A DNA stretch of 39,992 nt, taken from contig CAZJHA010000001.1 in assembly GCA_964545755.1 (NCBI GenBank), positions 1,922 to 41,913 of the forward strand, written 5' to 3'. The notes beneath the pieces are model-generated. The model was given only the letters and a program-made list of their open reading frames with translations, did no database searches and was not told the origin of the DNA. The position numbers and the translations under genes were made by a program. Of the stretch, positions 1 through 10,058 are shown piece by piece (the stretch's first letter is position 1; every line of letters starts with the position of its first letter). Source of the DNA: an uncultured Halobacteriales archaeon. Lineage in GTDB: Archaea > Halobacteriota > Halobacteria > Halobacteriales > Halococcaceae.

Positions 1-2
1 CC

Positions 3-347
3 GAGGAGGGACCGCTCACCGAGGAGGCCGTCTGGGAGACCGTCGTCGACGACGACCTCGCGGACGTGCCGCCACCGACCGCCGAGGCCGCGTGGGAGGA
101 GGGCGAACACATCGGTGAGAACGTCGCCCGTGCCATCGCCGGCGAGGAACGCGAGCACTGGGCGTACATGAACAAGGGCACAGTGGTATCGATTGGCGAC
201 GCGGCCGTCGCCCACGACGTCATCGGTATCCCACTCAACACCTTCGGTGGACTCGGTGCGCGCATCATCAAGAAGGGGATTTCGGCGCGGTGGATAGAGT
301 CCATCACGTCGGCGACGCGCGCTGCGCGGTCGTGGAGCGACATGTAG
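3..347 (+). CDS. NAD(P)/FAD-dependent oxidoreductase (type II NADH dehydrogenase-like), 3' end only
   Basis: The frame is open from the window edge. PPTAEAAWEEGEHIGENV and YMNKGTVVSIG resemble the P-x-A-Q-x-A and Y-x-x-KG-x-x-x-S-I-G C-terminal motifs of Ndh-2 proteins. Confidence 0.7.
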   Translation, partial: EEGPLTEEAVWETVVDDDLADVPPPTAEAAWEEGEHIGENVARAIAGEEREHWAYMNKGTVVSIGDAAVAHDVIGIPLNTFGGLGARIIKKGISARWIESITSATRAARSWSDM

Positions 348-388
348 CTGGCCGCTCGGTTTACTATCGCGGAGCATCTATCCCCCTC

Positions 389-1318
389 ATGGCGCTGCTC
401 ATCGGCACGCGCGATGGTGTCTTCTGCTCGCCCGACGGAGCGCTCGAAACCACCGAACAGGTGCTCGATGCGGGGGACACGCTCCGCGTCCGGACGTTCG
501 ACGGCGTGGCCTTCGCCGCAACGAGAAGTGGACTGTACCGCTCGACGGATGGACAGTCGTGGACGAACCTCGGCGTGCCGCGCGAGGAGGTGTTTTCGGT
601 CGTCACGAGTACCGACGGCGAACGCCTCTATGCAGGAACGCATCCCGCCCACCTGTACGTCTCGACCGATGATGGCCAACGGTGGCGCGAACTGGACGGA
701 TTTCAGGACCTCCCCAGCCGCGACGAGTGGCACACGCCGCGTCACCGCGACGAGGCCCACGTCCGCAGCCTCGGCACCCACCCCGATGCTCCGGACCGAG
801 TGGTCGCCGGCGTCGAGGTCGGTGGCGTTCACGTTAGCGAAGACGAGGGAAAGACGTGGAGCGAGCGACACGTGGGCGTTCACGACGACGTCCATCACGT
901 GCTGGTGCTGGATACCGAGGAGTACGTGGCGTCCTGCGGTGGCGGACTCTATCGAACCCGTGACGCCGGCCGGTCGTGGACGCGTCTCGGCGAAAATCTC
1001 GACCACCGATACTTCCGGGAGGCGTTCGCGGCGGACGAACGGTTGTATGCCGCCGCGGCACGCGGCCCGCCGGGAACGTGGCAGGGGTCGCGGGGTGCCG
1101 ACGCGGCGCTGTTCGAATCGATGGATGGAGGTGACTCCTTCGAGACCGTGCCGTATCCGGGCGCGCCCGAGGAGTTCGTCCTCGCGTGGGCGAGCCACGA
1201 CGGACGGCTGCTCGCCGGCACCAACGACGGACGGCTGCTCGCCCGCGAGAGCGACGGCTGGACGACGCTCGGCCACGTGCCCGCGGCGGTTCGGTCGCTC
1301 ATAGCCCTCGACGGGTAG
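389..1318 (+). CDS. BNR/Asp-box repeat beta-propeller protein (WD40/YVTN/BNR-like), function unknown
   Basis: Repeated S-x-D-x-G-x-x-W Asp boxes (STDGQSW, STDDGQRW, SEDEGKTW, TRDAGRSW, SMDGGDSF). ATG at 389 has TTTACT about 25 bp upstream. The 290 start in the ORF track overlaps the previous gene. Confidence 0.8.
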   Translation: MALLIGTRDGVFCSPDGALETTEQVLDAGDTLRVRTFDGVAFAATRSGLYRSTDGQSWTNLGVPREEVFSVVTSTDGERLYAGTHPAHLYVSTDDGQRWRELDGFQDLPSRDEWHTPRHRDEAHVRSLGTHPDAPDRVVAGVEVGGVHVSEDEGKTWSERHVGVHDDVHHVLVLDTEEYVASCGGGLYRTRDAGRSWTRLGENLDHRYFREAFAADERLYAAAARGPPGTWQGSRGADAALFESMDGGDSFETVPYPGAPEEFVLAWASHDGRLLAGTNDGRLLARESDGWTTLGHVPAAVRSLIALDG

Positions 1319-1404
1319 TTCCCTATCCGTGACCGTTCGTCTCGTTTCGCTCGCGGAGCGATGTAATTGAATTCGGTTACGTCGCGCGGCGTGCGGCGCG
1401 CAGG

Positions 1405-1410
1405 TTTAAC
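1405..1410 (+). promoter_or_regulatory. TATA-like box (TTTAAC) for leaderless moaA
   Basis: Lies 24-29 bp upstream of ATG 1434, typical haloarchaeal leaderless geometry. Confidence 0.5.
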
Positions 1411-1433
1411 CGTTCGCACGGGGAAGTGAGTCC

Positions 1434-2393
1434 ATGCTCGTCGACGGGTTCGGCCGCGAGGTCTCGGGGGTGCGCGTCTCGCTGACCGACCGCTGCAACT
1501 TCGACTGCGTGTACTGTCACAACGAGGGGCTTGGCGATACGCGCGGGCCGATGGATCCACAGGATGACGAGATGAGTACTGATGAAGTGGTACGATTCCT
1601 CGACGTCGTCTCCGAGTTCGGCGTCGAGAAGGTCAAGTTCACCGGCGGCGAGCCGATGCTCCGCGACGATTTGGAGGAAATCATCCGGCGCACGCCCGAC
1701 GGGATGGAGACCTCGCTCACGACCAATGGGACCTTCCTGCCGGGGCGCGCCGAGGGTCTGCGAGAGGTGGGACTCGATAGAGTCAACGTCTCACAGGATG
1801 CCCTCGACAGTGAGGACTTCGCCGAAATCACGAAAACGGGTGCATACGAGAAGGTTCTCGAAGGAGTGGAGGCCGCACTCGATGCTGGTCTCGACCCGGT
1901 GAAACTCAACATGGTCGTCTTCGAGGGCACAGCCGAATTCATCCCCGAGATGGTCGAGCACGTCGGGGACAACTCGGGACTGCAGCTCCAGCTCATCGAA
2001 TACATGCCCGAAATCGCCGGCCATCCCGAGTGGGCCATCGACATCGAGCGCGTCCACGAGTGGCTTTCCGAGCGAGCCGACCGCATCGAACATCGAGAGA
2101 TGCACGACCGACGGCGCTACTGGATTGACGGGGGTATGGTCGAAATCGTCGACCCCGTCGAAAACGAGACGTTCTGTGCGAACTGCCATCGCGTCAGAGT
2201 GACCCACGAGGGCTATCTCAAGGGCTGCCTGAATCGCAACGATGACCTCCGGCCGATGGGCGCAATGAGTCGGGACGAAATCCGCGAGGCGTTCCGCGAG
2301 GTCGTCGACAGTCGAGTCCCATACTACGGCGAGTACATGATTCGCGACGGCGACGGTGGCTGGAAGGTCAGCGAGGAGTACGTCGGCGCGTAG
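1434..2393 (+). CDS. moaA: GTP 3',8-cyclase MoaA (radical SAM)
   Basis: [15 protein letters not shown] (CxxxCxxC), TGGEP, TTNG, and C-terminal [20 protein letters not shown]. Confidence 0.96.
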   Translation: MLVDGFGREVSGVRVSLTDRCNFDCVYCHNEGLGDTRGPMDPQDDEMSTDEVVRFLDVVSEFGVEKVKFTGGEPMLRDDLEEIIRRTPDGMETSLTTNGTFLPGRAEGLREVGLDRVNVSQDALDSEDFAEITKTGAYEKVLEGVEAALDAGLDPVKLNMVVFEGTAEFIPEMVEHVGDNSGLQLQLIEYMPEIAGHPEWAIDIERVHEWLSERADRIEHREMHDRRRYWIDGGMVEIVDPVENETFCANCHRVRVTHEGYLKGCLNRNDDLRPMGAMSRDEIREAFREVVDSRVPYYGEYMIRDGDGGWKVSEEYVGA

Positions 2394-2401
2394 TCGGTCT
2401 T

Positions 2402-3025
2402 TCATACCGGGTGGTCATCGGTATCGAATGTGTGCTCGGCGGCGGCAAACTCTTCCCGGGTGTTCAGGTTCGTGAACGTCCGCAGATCGGCATATTCCCG
2501 GATTTCATCCGCCGTCACGACGACACAGTCGAGCGCCGCGAGCGCCGCACGGAGTTCGCGGTCACCACGCGAAAGCGCCGACGCGCAGGCGTCAGCCATC
2601 GCGTCGGCGCGATAGACCGCTTGTGTCGGCTGGAGCCATCCTTCGTGTCGGGGCACGGCCGCGCCGTGGCCTGCTGCACGCTCGAACAGGTGGGAGAGAA
2701 ACGCTGCATCGACGAAAGGCATGTCCGCGGCAACGACGGCGGCGTACTCGGTATCGAGCGCACCCAATCCAGCTCGGGCACCGACCAGCGGCCCGCTGTC
2801 GGGTTCGGGGTCTTCGATAATCCGGACTTCCATCCCCGCAAGCGTACGCTCGATGGCGGCCGTCTGGTCGCCACGACAGCTAACGACGAGTTCATCGATG
2901 TCCGCGAGTCGCTCGACGACCCGGCGAACCATCGGGACGCCCGCGAGGTCGGTGAGGACCTTGTCCTGCTCGCCGAAGCGCGTCGAGCGACCGCCGGCGA
3001 GGACGACCGCGCCGCGTCGTGGCGT
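2402..3025 (-). CDS. mobA: Molybdenum cofactor guanylyltransferase MobA (start codon apparently ACG or lost)
   Basis: In-frame extension upstream of the 2932 ATG reads (T/M)PRRGAVVLAGGRSTRFGEQDK. GPLVG, AADMPF and NLNTREE motifs are present. No ATG/GTG/TTG lies between the upstream in-frame stop and the LAGG motif. Confidence 0.85.
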   Translation of the reverse strand, partial: TPRRGAVVLAGGRSTRFGEQDKVLTDLAGVPMVRRVVERLADIDELVVSCRGDQTAAIERTLAGMEVRIIEDPEPDSGPLVGARAGLGALDTEYAAVVAADMPFVDAAFLSHLFERAAGHGAAVPRHEGWLQPTQAVYRADAMADACASALSRGDRELRAALAALDCVVVTADEIREYADLRTFTNLNTREEFAAAEHTFDTDDHPV

Positions 3026-3096
3026 CGAATGCGGAGGGACGATACGGGAGCTTCGAGCGCAGGTGCTTCGGTGTTTCGACGCGGCAGTACTTGGTC

Positions 3097-4386
3097 TCAG
3101 TCGGTCGTTGCCTCAGCGGCGGTTCCGGGGGTACGGCTCGCATCCTGCAGCTTGCCGATTCGCCACCGGAGGACGCCGACCGTCACGAGCCCGACGACGA
3201 GCGCACCGTTCATGATGTACAGCGCGCTCGTGTAGTTACCGGTCGATTCGAGAATCATCGAGGCGAGCTGCGGGCCGGCGACGCCGGCGACGCCCCACGC
3301 CGTGAGCGCGTAGCCGTGGATGGCACTGACCTCTTCCGTGCCGAAGAGGTCGCTGAGGTACGCCGGGAGACAGGAAAACCCGCCGCCGTAGCACGTGATG
3401 ACGAGGAAGATGATTCCTGCGAGGAGCCAGACGCCTGTGACCTGTGGCATCACGAAGAAGGCGGCGATCTGGATGAGGAAAAACGCCGCGTACGTCGTCG
3501 TCCGGCCGATATAGTCCGACAGGGTGGCCCACGCGATGCGGCCACCGCCGTTGAAGATGCCGATGTAGCCGGTGATGAACGCGGCGGTCGTCGCGTTCGC
3601 GCCGGCGATCTGCTGGAGCATCGGCGAGGCAAAGGCGAGCAGCATGATGCCCGCCGAGACGTTGATGAAGATGATGAGCCACACCATCCAGAAGCGCGGC
3701 GACGTGCGCGCCTCCTTCGCGGTGAGGTTTGCGAGTCCCGACAGCGCGCTTTTGGCCTCCTCTTGGTTCTCCGGCGTGTCCTCCATCCCCGCCGGCAGCC
3801 AGCCCTCCGGCGGCTTGGCGAGATAGCTCGACCCCGCCGACATCAGGACGAAGTACAACGCTCCGAGGGCGAAAAAGGCCGTCGCGACGCCGTAGCCCTG
3901 AATCAGGAAGTTTCCAAGCGGGCCGGTGAGCAGCGCGCCGGCACCGAATCCCATCACGGCCAGTCCAGTAGCCATCCCGCGGCGGTCGGGGAACCACTCG
4001 ACGAGCGTTCCAATAGGGGTGATGTATCCGAGTCCGATACCCATCCCGCCGACTACCCCGAAGGTAGCGAGAAACAGCGGGAGGCTGCCGAGGAGCACGC
4101 TCACACCGGAGCCGACCATCCCGAGACCGTATAGAACTGCTGCAGCCAGCCCGGACCTCCGTGGGCCGTACTTCTCGACGTAGCTCCCGAGGAAGGCGGC
4201 CGTGATGCCGAGGACGAACACCGCGATGGAAAAGGCGGTCGTCACGCTTCCCGTACTCCACCCCTGTGCCTCGTTCAGCGGTATCTGGTAGATGCTGTAC
4301 GCGTAAATGCTGCCGATTGACAGGTGAATCGCGACGGCCGACGCTGCGATCAACCATCGATTCTTGTCCGCCTCCGTGCGTGGCAT
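3097..4386 (-). CDS. OFA-family (oxalate:formate antiporter-like) MFS transporter
   Basis: About 12 hydrophobic segments; IGSIYAYS, WFPDRRGMATGLAVMGFGAG, NGGGRIAWATLSDYIGR and YGGGFS motifs. Confidence 0.88.
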   Translation of the reverse strand: MPRTEADKNRWLIAASAVAIHLSIGSIYAYSIYQIPLNEAQGWSTGSVTTAFSIAVFVLGITAAFLGSYVEKYGPRRSGLAAAVLYGLGMVGSGVSVLLGSLPLFLATFGVVGGMGIGLGYITPIGTLVEWFPDRRGMATGLAVMGFGAGALLTGPLGNFLIQGYGVATAFFALGALYFVLMSAGSSYLAKPPEGWLPAGMEDTPENQEEAKSALSGLANLTAKEARTSPRFWMVWLIIFINVSAGIMLLAFASPMLQQIAGANATTAAFITGYIGIFNGGGRIAWATLSDYIGRTTTYAAFFLIQIAAFFVMPQVTGVWLLAGIIFLVITCYGGGFSCLPAYLSDLFGTEEVSAIHGYALTAWGVAGVAGPQLASMILESTGNYTSALYIMNGALVVGLVTVGVLRWRIGKLQDASRTPGTAAEATTD

Positions 4387-4454
4387 ACTCTGACGATGTA
4401 CGACGACGATTATTGCGTTCTGGTCACGTCAAAATGGCCCGGTTCTCCCGGCTC

Positions 4455-6425
4455 TCACGAGAAACTGATACGTGTCCGGCCGGCTTCGAGCAGCGATTCG
4501 GCGACGCTGGCGTGGGCGAAGACGGTCCCTCGCCGGACGCTCTCGCTGACGTCAATGGTGACCTCGATGCCTCCGCTAGCGCTCTCGGCGACGACGCGCT
4601 CGCCGTCGGTCACGCCGTGGGTATCGGCGTCGGCCGGATGGATGGTGAGAGTACCTTCGGCCGTTGTCATCCCGCTCCCCATCGTCGTCGTGGCGACGTC
4701 GCTACTGCGCGAGCCGGTAAGCAACACCAGCTCTCCAGTTTCCTCGTCGGCAGATTCAGCGGTGGGAATCGGCACGAACGGCGCGCGGCGCTCGCCGGTC
4801 ATGAACTCCTCGCGGTGGAGTACGTCGGTCCCCCCGCTCGCGCTCTCGGGAAACGGCCAGCGCTGGCTCCCCATGCCGATGTCCTCGTAGTCCATGCCCG
4901 CATACTGTGGATTCACGGCGGTGAGTTCGTCGAAGGTCTCCCGTGGACTATCGTACTCGAATCCATCACCGGCGAGGCGCTCGCCGAGTGCACACAGAAT
5001 CTTGAAATCGCTGCGCGCCGCATCCGGCGGCGATGCGAGCGTCCGCGTTCGCTGGACCTGTCGGTCGAGGTTCGTCACAGTTCCTGACTTTTCTGACCAG
5101 ACGGCCGCTGGCAGCACAACATCGGCGTGAGCGGTCGTCTCGGTGTGAGTCACATCCTGCACGAGCAGGAAATCGAGCGACCGAAGGCCGCGTGCGACGC
5201 CTTGGCTGTCGAGTTTCGTCACGGCGGGATTTTCGCCGAGGACGAACGCACCCCGGATTTCCCTGCCGAACGCGCGCACGAGGTCGAGTTCCGTCGGTCC
5301 CGGTTCTGAGGGCGGTTCGATACCCCACACGTCGGCCACCTGCTCGCGCGCTACCGGATCGGTGACGGGACGGCCGCCCGGCAGTCGGTCGGGAAGCGCG
5401 CCGGCATCGCAGGCTCCCTGTTCGTTGTTGAGACCGCGAAAGAGGTTCATCCCCGCGCCGCGCTTTCCCAAATTTCCGGTGAGCAGGAGCAGGTTCAGGA
5501 GTGCATCCGCGGTGGCAGTGTCGTCGGGACCGTCGCCCTCGATACCGGTGCCCGCGACGACGGCCGTCCGCTCGGCCTCGCCGAACGCACGGGCGGCCGT
5601 CCGGATCGCCGTCGGGTCGACGTCGGCGCGCGCAGCGAGGTCCGCGAAGTCCACCTCTCTCACCGATGCGGCGAACGCTTCGAATCCTTCCGTTCGGTCG
5701 GCGACGAACCCCTCGTCGAGCAGCCCTTCGTCGAGAACCGTCTGCACGAACAGCGCGACCACGAGTTCGTCGGTGCCCGGTCGCGGCGCGATGTGGGTGT
5801 CGGCGAGGCGGGTCGTCGCGTTCGCGCGCGGGTCGATGTGGATGAGATGTGCGCCGTCGTTGACCGCGGGCCTCATATAGGAGTTGAACGCGACCGGCTG
5901 CTGGTCTGCCGGGTTCGACCCGATTATCAGAAACGCCTCGGCCTCGGCGAGGTCCGCAAGTGTGTTCGTCATCCCGCCAGAGCCGAGCCGATCCTCCATC
6001 GCCGCCACGGTGGAGTCGTGACAGAGCCGCGCGCGGTTGTCGACGTTGTTCGTCCCGAGGCTCCGCGCGAGTTTTCCAAAGAGGTAGTTCTCCTCGTTTG
6101 TGCAGTGGGGCGCGCCGAGAAATGCCAGCGCGTCCGGTCCGGATTCTTCGACGATGTGCCCGAACTCGCGTTCGATGCGGTCGGAGGCCTCTCCCCACGA
6201 TACCGCTTCGAGGTCGCCGCCGCGTCGCACCAGCGGCTGGGTGAGTCGCTCCTCGTCGTCGAACACGTCGAAGGCCGCGATGCCCTTCGGACAGAGTTCG
6301 CCATCGGTGTTGACGGGTGCGCCCGGCCAGCCGCGCGCTCGGCCCGTAGCCTCGTCGTAGCGGACACTACAGCCGACCGCACAGAGCGGGCAGATGCTTT
6401 TCGTGTCCTCGCGTGGCTCGCTCAT
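4455..6425 (-). CDS. FdhF-like molybdopterin oxidoreductase (formate dehydrogenase alpha-like)
   Basis: N-terminal CPLCAVGC...LCPKG 4Fe-4S motif; ARLCH (Cys Mo ligand plus His); RGLNNEQGACD (conserved Arg); ADVVLPAA..SEKSGTVTNLDR. C-terminal domain IV is degenerate and short. Confidence 0.85.
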   Translation of the reverse strand: MSEPREDTKSICPLCAVGCSVRYDEATGRARGWPGAPVNTDGELCPKGIAAFDVFDDEERLTQPLVRRGGDLEAVSWGEASDRIEREFGHIVEESGPDALAFLGAPHCTNEENYLFGKLARSLGTNNVDNRARLCHDSTVAAMEDRLGSGGMTNTLADLAEAEAFLIIGSNPADQQPVAFNSYMRPAVNDGAHLIHIDPRANATTRLADTHIAPRPGTDELVVALFVQTVLDEGLLDEGFVADRTEGFEAFAASVREVDFADLAARADVDPTAIRTAARAFGEAERTAVVAGTGIEGDGPDDTATADALLNLLLLTGNLGKRGAGMNLFRGLNNEQGACDAGALPDRLPGGRPVTDPVAREQVADVWGIEPPSEPGPTELDLVRAFGREIRGAFVLGENPAVTKLDSQGVARGLRSLDFLLVQDVTHTETTAHADVVLPAAVWSEKSGTVTNLDRQVQRTRTLASPPDAARSDFKILCALGERLAGDGFEYDSPRETFDELTAVNPQYAGMDYEDIGMGSQRWPFPESASGGTDVLHREEFMTGERRAPFVPIPTAESADEETGELVLLTGSRSSDVATTTMGSGMTTAEGTLTIHPADADTHGVTDGERVVAESASGGIEVTIDVSESVRRGTVFAHASVAESLLEAGRTRISFS

Positions 6426-6478
6426 CCAGTAGCTGTGCGTGCTTGGAGCGACGGACGCAAAAGGGTTCAGATGCCGGC

Positions 6479-7372
6479 TTACCCGAACTTCCCGGTGATG
6501 TAGTCTTCGACGCGCTGGCTCTCGGGATTTTCGAAGATTTCGTTGGTGTCGCCGTACTCGACGAGTTCGCCGCCGGTCAAGAAGACCGCCGTTTGATCGG
6601 AGATCCGGGCGGCCTGTTGCATGTTGTGGGTGACGACCACCACAGTATAGTCCTCGGCGAGGTCCTCGATGAGGTCCTCGATCTTCGCGGTCGCAATCGG
6701 GTCGAGCGCGCTCGCGGGTTCGTCCATCAGGATGACCTCGGGGTCAACGGCGAGACAGCGCGCGATACAGAGGCGCTGTTGCTGGCCTCCAGATAGTCCG
6801 AGCGCGTTGTCGTCGAGACGGTCATCCACTTCCTCCCAGAGTGCGGCCCGTCGGAGCGACCGCTTGACGAGTTCGTCCTCGCCCTCACCGTCCTCGCGGC
6901 CGAACAGTCGCGCGAGTAGTCCGGTCTCGATGTCACCGTGCTTTCTGGGACCGTAGGAGACGTTCTCCCGGATGGATTTCGGGAACGGGTTCGGCTGCTG
7001 GAACACCATCCCGACCCGCCTTCTGAGTTCGACGAGGTCGGTGCCGTCGCCGTAGATCTCCTGACCGTCGAGCGCGACGCTACCTTCGACGCGCGCGCTC
7101 TTGATGCGGTCGTTCATCCGATTCAGACACCGGAGAAAGGTCGATTTCCCGCAGCCCGACGGCCCGATGAGCGCCGTGACGCTCTCTTCGGGAATGTCAA
7201 GGCTGATGTCGGAGAGTGCCTGCTCGTCGCCGTAGAAGACATCGAGGTCCTCGACGGCGAACTTCGTCCCGTTGTCGAAGTCGTAGTCGGTCCATTCCGG
7301 CTCGATGCGCTCGTCGCTTTCGCCGACGGTTCGGTCCTGCTCTCGGTCTTGGTTCTGTTGTATCGTGCTCAT
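6479..7372 (-). CDS. pstB: Phosphate ABC transporter ATP-binding protein
   Basis: [33 protein letters not shown], and C-terminal EDYITGKFG. Confidence 0.96.
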   Translation of the reverse strand: MSTIQQNQDREQDRTVGESDERIEPEWTDYDFDNGTKFAVEDLDVFYGDEQALSDISLDIPEESVTALIGPSGCGKSTFLRCLNRMNDRIKSARVEGSVALDGQEIYGDGTDLVELRRRVGMVFQQPNPFPKSIRENVSYGPRKHGDIETGLLARLFGREDGEGEDELVKRSLRRAALWEEVDDRLDDNALGLSGGQQQRLCIARCLAVDPEVILMDEPASALDPIATAKIEDLIEDLAEDYTVVVVTHNMQQAARISDQTAVFLTGGELVEYGDTNEIFENPESQRVEDYITGKFG

Positions 7373-9006
7373 GCTTGGAGTTTGTTATCGAAGTACCGCC
7401 GCGAGGCGATGCCGACCGCATAGAAGGCGAAGACGACGAGGAGCAAAACGAGCGCCGTCCCCCACGCAAAGCCCTCGCCCACGTCTCCGACGCCGGCGGT
7501 GATGGTCGCGTACAGCTGATAGGGCAGCGCGGTCGTCGGCTGGAGCAGTGCCTCCGTATTGAGAACCGACAGCTCGACGAACGGGAACGACGAGGTGAAC
7601 GCCGCCCCGAAGTTCAGTACATCTGGCCCGGTCTCGGGGAACGGTTCGCCGGTGAGTACCAAGAGGATGGGCGCGGTCTCGCCGGCGATGCGGCCCACGC
7701 CGAGGATGGCACCGGTCACGACGCCGGGCATCGCCGCCGGCAGGACGACGCTCTTGATGGTCTGCCAGCGACTCACGCCGAGGGCAGCGCTCGCATCGCG
7801 GTACTCGTCTGGCACGTTGAGCAGCGCCTCGCGGCTCGTGATAATCACCAAGGGCAACAGCATGAAGCTGAGCACCAGCATGCCCGACAGCAGGCTGCTC
7901 CCGTTGGAGATGCGCGGCACGAGGAAGGCAAGCCCGAACAGCCCGTAGACGATGCTCGGCGTGCTCCAGAGTCCGTTCGTAGCGACCTCGACGAGCGCGG
8001 TGATTCGGCCCTGTTCTGCGTACTCAGTCAGGAAGACGGCCGTACCGACGCCCAGCGGGACGGCGACTGTCACCGCGCCGACGACCAGCCAGACGGTGCC
8101 GACGATGGCCGGCGCGACGCCGTTGATCGTGTTCGTGATCGCAAAGCCCTCCATCGCGAACGGCCAGTGAAACCACAGCGTCGGTCCGTGGATGATGACG
8201 TACTGGTCCCAGACGGGCACCTGAAACCACGTCAGCGGCCCCCAGAACAACCCATACCGGATGCCCTCGGTCATCGGTCCCCAGCCGCGAACGGCGATGA
8301 AGGAGACGAGAACGACCAACAGGGCTATCATTCCGGCCGCGTTCGCGCTCACGAGCAGCGACGCGCCACGTGCCTTTCCCTGCGTGCCGAACCCGGCGGC
8401 CGCCTGCGCCCCGACCCACGCGAACAGCAGGCCGGCAACGCCCAGCAGTATCGGAATCGTCGTGTCCGCCGTGAACGCCGCCGACAGCCCACTCGGCTGC
8501 CATCGCCAGCCGGGGCCGATGACATCAGTCAGGACGATGCCACTTACCAGTAGCGCGAACCCGCCGCCGGTCGCCGCGAGTGCGCTGTCCTCGCGTGGCA
8601 CGACCGCCAGTCCGACCGCGAGCGCCCCGCCGGCGAGCGCGCCGAGCGGCCACAGAGTACCGAATCCGAGCGTCTGCGCGCTCACCAGACTGCCCGTGAC
8701 GAGTCCAATGAGCGCGAAAACGGCCGCGACCGACGTGCCAGCGGTGTGGTCCGGCGCGGTGTCGAGCACGCCGAATCTGGAAGCGATAGCGACCACAATC
8801 AGACAGCCTGCCGCAACGACGAGCGCCGCCGCGAGCACGTCGAACAGCGACGCGCCCATGACAGTGGCAGGGATGGCCTGCGCGAACGCGAGCAGGCTCA
8901 CGACGAGCACAATGCTCCCGACAGCGACGACCGCCCCACCGGCGTACCGCAGCGGGCCGGTGCTGCCTCGGTCGAGCGCGCTCGTCACGCGCGTGTCCGT
9001 GCTCAT
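7369..9006 (-). CDS. pstA: Phosphate ABC transporter permease PstA (long N-terminal membrane extension)
   Basis: [26 protein letters not shown] and RIAGETAP motifs; 4-bp overlaps with pstC and pstB. Confidence 0.93.
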   Translation of the reverse strand: MSTDTRVTSALDRGSTGPLRYAGGAVVAVGSIVLVVSLLAFAQAIPATVMGASLFDVLAAALVVAAGCLIVVAIASRFGVLDTAPDHTAGTSVAAVFALIGLVTGSLVSAQTLGFGTLWPLGALAGGALAVGLAVVPREDSALAATGGGFALLVSGIVLTDVIGPGWRWQPSGLSAAFTADTTIPILLGVAGLLFAWVGAQAAAGFGTQGKARGASLLVSANAAGMIALLVVLVSFIAVRGWGPMTEGIRYGLFWGPLTWFQVPVWDQYVIIHGPTLWFHWPFAMEGFAITNTINGVAPAIVGTVWLVVGAVTVAVPLGVGTAVFLTEYAEQGRITALVEVATNGLWSTPSIVYGLFGLAFLVPRISNGSSLLSGMLVLSFMLLPLVIITSREALLNVPDEYRDASAALGVSRWQTIKSVVLPAAMPGVVTGAILGVGRIAGETAPILLVLTGEPFPETGPDVLNFGAAFTSSFPFVELSVLNTEALLQPTTALPYQLYATITAGVGDVGEGFAWGTALVLLLVVFAFYAVGIASRRYFDNKLQA

Positions 9007-10058
9007 CCCTCACCCCCGAGCGTGCGCTCCATCCGCCGCTCGATGTACTGCGAGCCGATGCTCAGGCCGAGCACAGTTATGAAGAGGACGACGCCGGCGG
9101 CGAACAGCGCGCTCATCTGCGAGCCGCTGGCGATGCCGTACTGGCTGGCGATGAGGCTCGTGAGCGTCTCGGTGTTGCCGAAGACGTCATAGAGCGGGTC
9201 GGGCAGCACCTGCGCGTGGGCGAGGATCACCGTCGCGGCCATCGTCTCGCCGACCGCGCGGCCGATGCCCAACAGGACGGCGGCCGACACGCCCGAAAAC
9301 GCCGCCGGAAGCGTCACGGCGGTCGTCGTCTGCCAGTCGGTCGCGCCGAGCGCGAGCGAGCCGTCCTTCATCGGTCCGGGCACGCTCGCAATTGCGTCCT
9401 CGGCGACCGATACGACTGTGGGGAGCGCCATCGCGCCGATGACGACGCCGACGACGAACAGGCTGCCGAACGTCGGCAGCGCGAACTCCTCGGCCATGAA
9501 GGGATTGAGCACGACGAAACCGATGAACCCGTAGACGATGGAGGGAATGCCTGCGAGCGCCTCCACGGCGGGTTTGAGAAGGTCGCGCGCCCAGTCTGGA
9601 GCCATCTCGGCGATGAACACCGCGCCGGCAACGCCGAGCGGAGCGGCGACGGCGGTGGCGATGAGCGTCGTCACGACCGTACCCCACAGCATCGGCACGA
9701 GCGAGTAGATCTCCGCACTCGGGTTCCAGAGCGCTCCACTGGTCTTGGTCAAAATATCGAGACCCATGATACGGAAGGCCGGTATCGACTGGACCACGAG
9801 GTAGACCGTGATAAGTCCGAGCACGAGCACCGTCACGACCGTCGCCGCGAGCGCGAGCGCGCGTGCGGTCGCCGCCTGTTCGCTGAAGACTCCATAGACG
9901 ACGACCAGTGCGAACGCCGCGAGCGGGTAGACCACCAGCCCGGGCGCGAGGAAGAACGTGCCCGCGGCGGCGAGCAGCGTCACTCCGAGCAACGCGCCGA
10001 CGGGCGTTGTGGTCGCGAGCGCTCCGACCCTATCGGTCAGCCCGCCTTCGACGCTCAT
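9003..10058 (-). CDS. pstC: Phosphate ABC transporter permease PstC
   Basis: LAGIPSIVYG, GSLALGATDWQT and GRAVGETMA motifs. Confidence 0.94.
   Translation of the reverse strand: MSVEGGLTDRVGALATTTPVGALLGVTLLAAAGTFFLAPGLVVYPLAAFALVVVYGVFSEQAATARALALAATVVTVLVLGLITVYLVVQSIPAFRIMGLDILTKTSGALWNPSAEIYSLVPMLWGTVVTTLIATAVAAPLGVAGAVFIAEMAPDWARDLLKPAVEALAGIPSIVYGFIGFVVLNPFMAEEFALPTFGSLFVVGVVIGAMALPTVVSVAEDAIASVPGPMKDGSLALGATDWQTTTAVTLPAAFSGVSAAVLLGIGRAVGETMAATVILAHAQVLPDPLYDVFGNTETLTSLIASQYGIASGSQMSALFAAGVVLFITVLGLSIGSQYIERRMERTLGGEG

Noticed and set aside
4455-6425. Selenocysteine-containing formate dehydrogenase
   Set aside because: The Mo-ligand codon is Cys (ARLCH) and there is no in-frame UGA.
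6479-9006. PstB internal insertion and long PstA N-terminus as novelties
   Set aside because: To my knowledge these are ordinary features of haloarchaeal pst operons.
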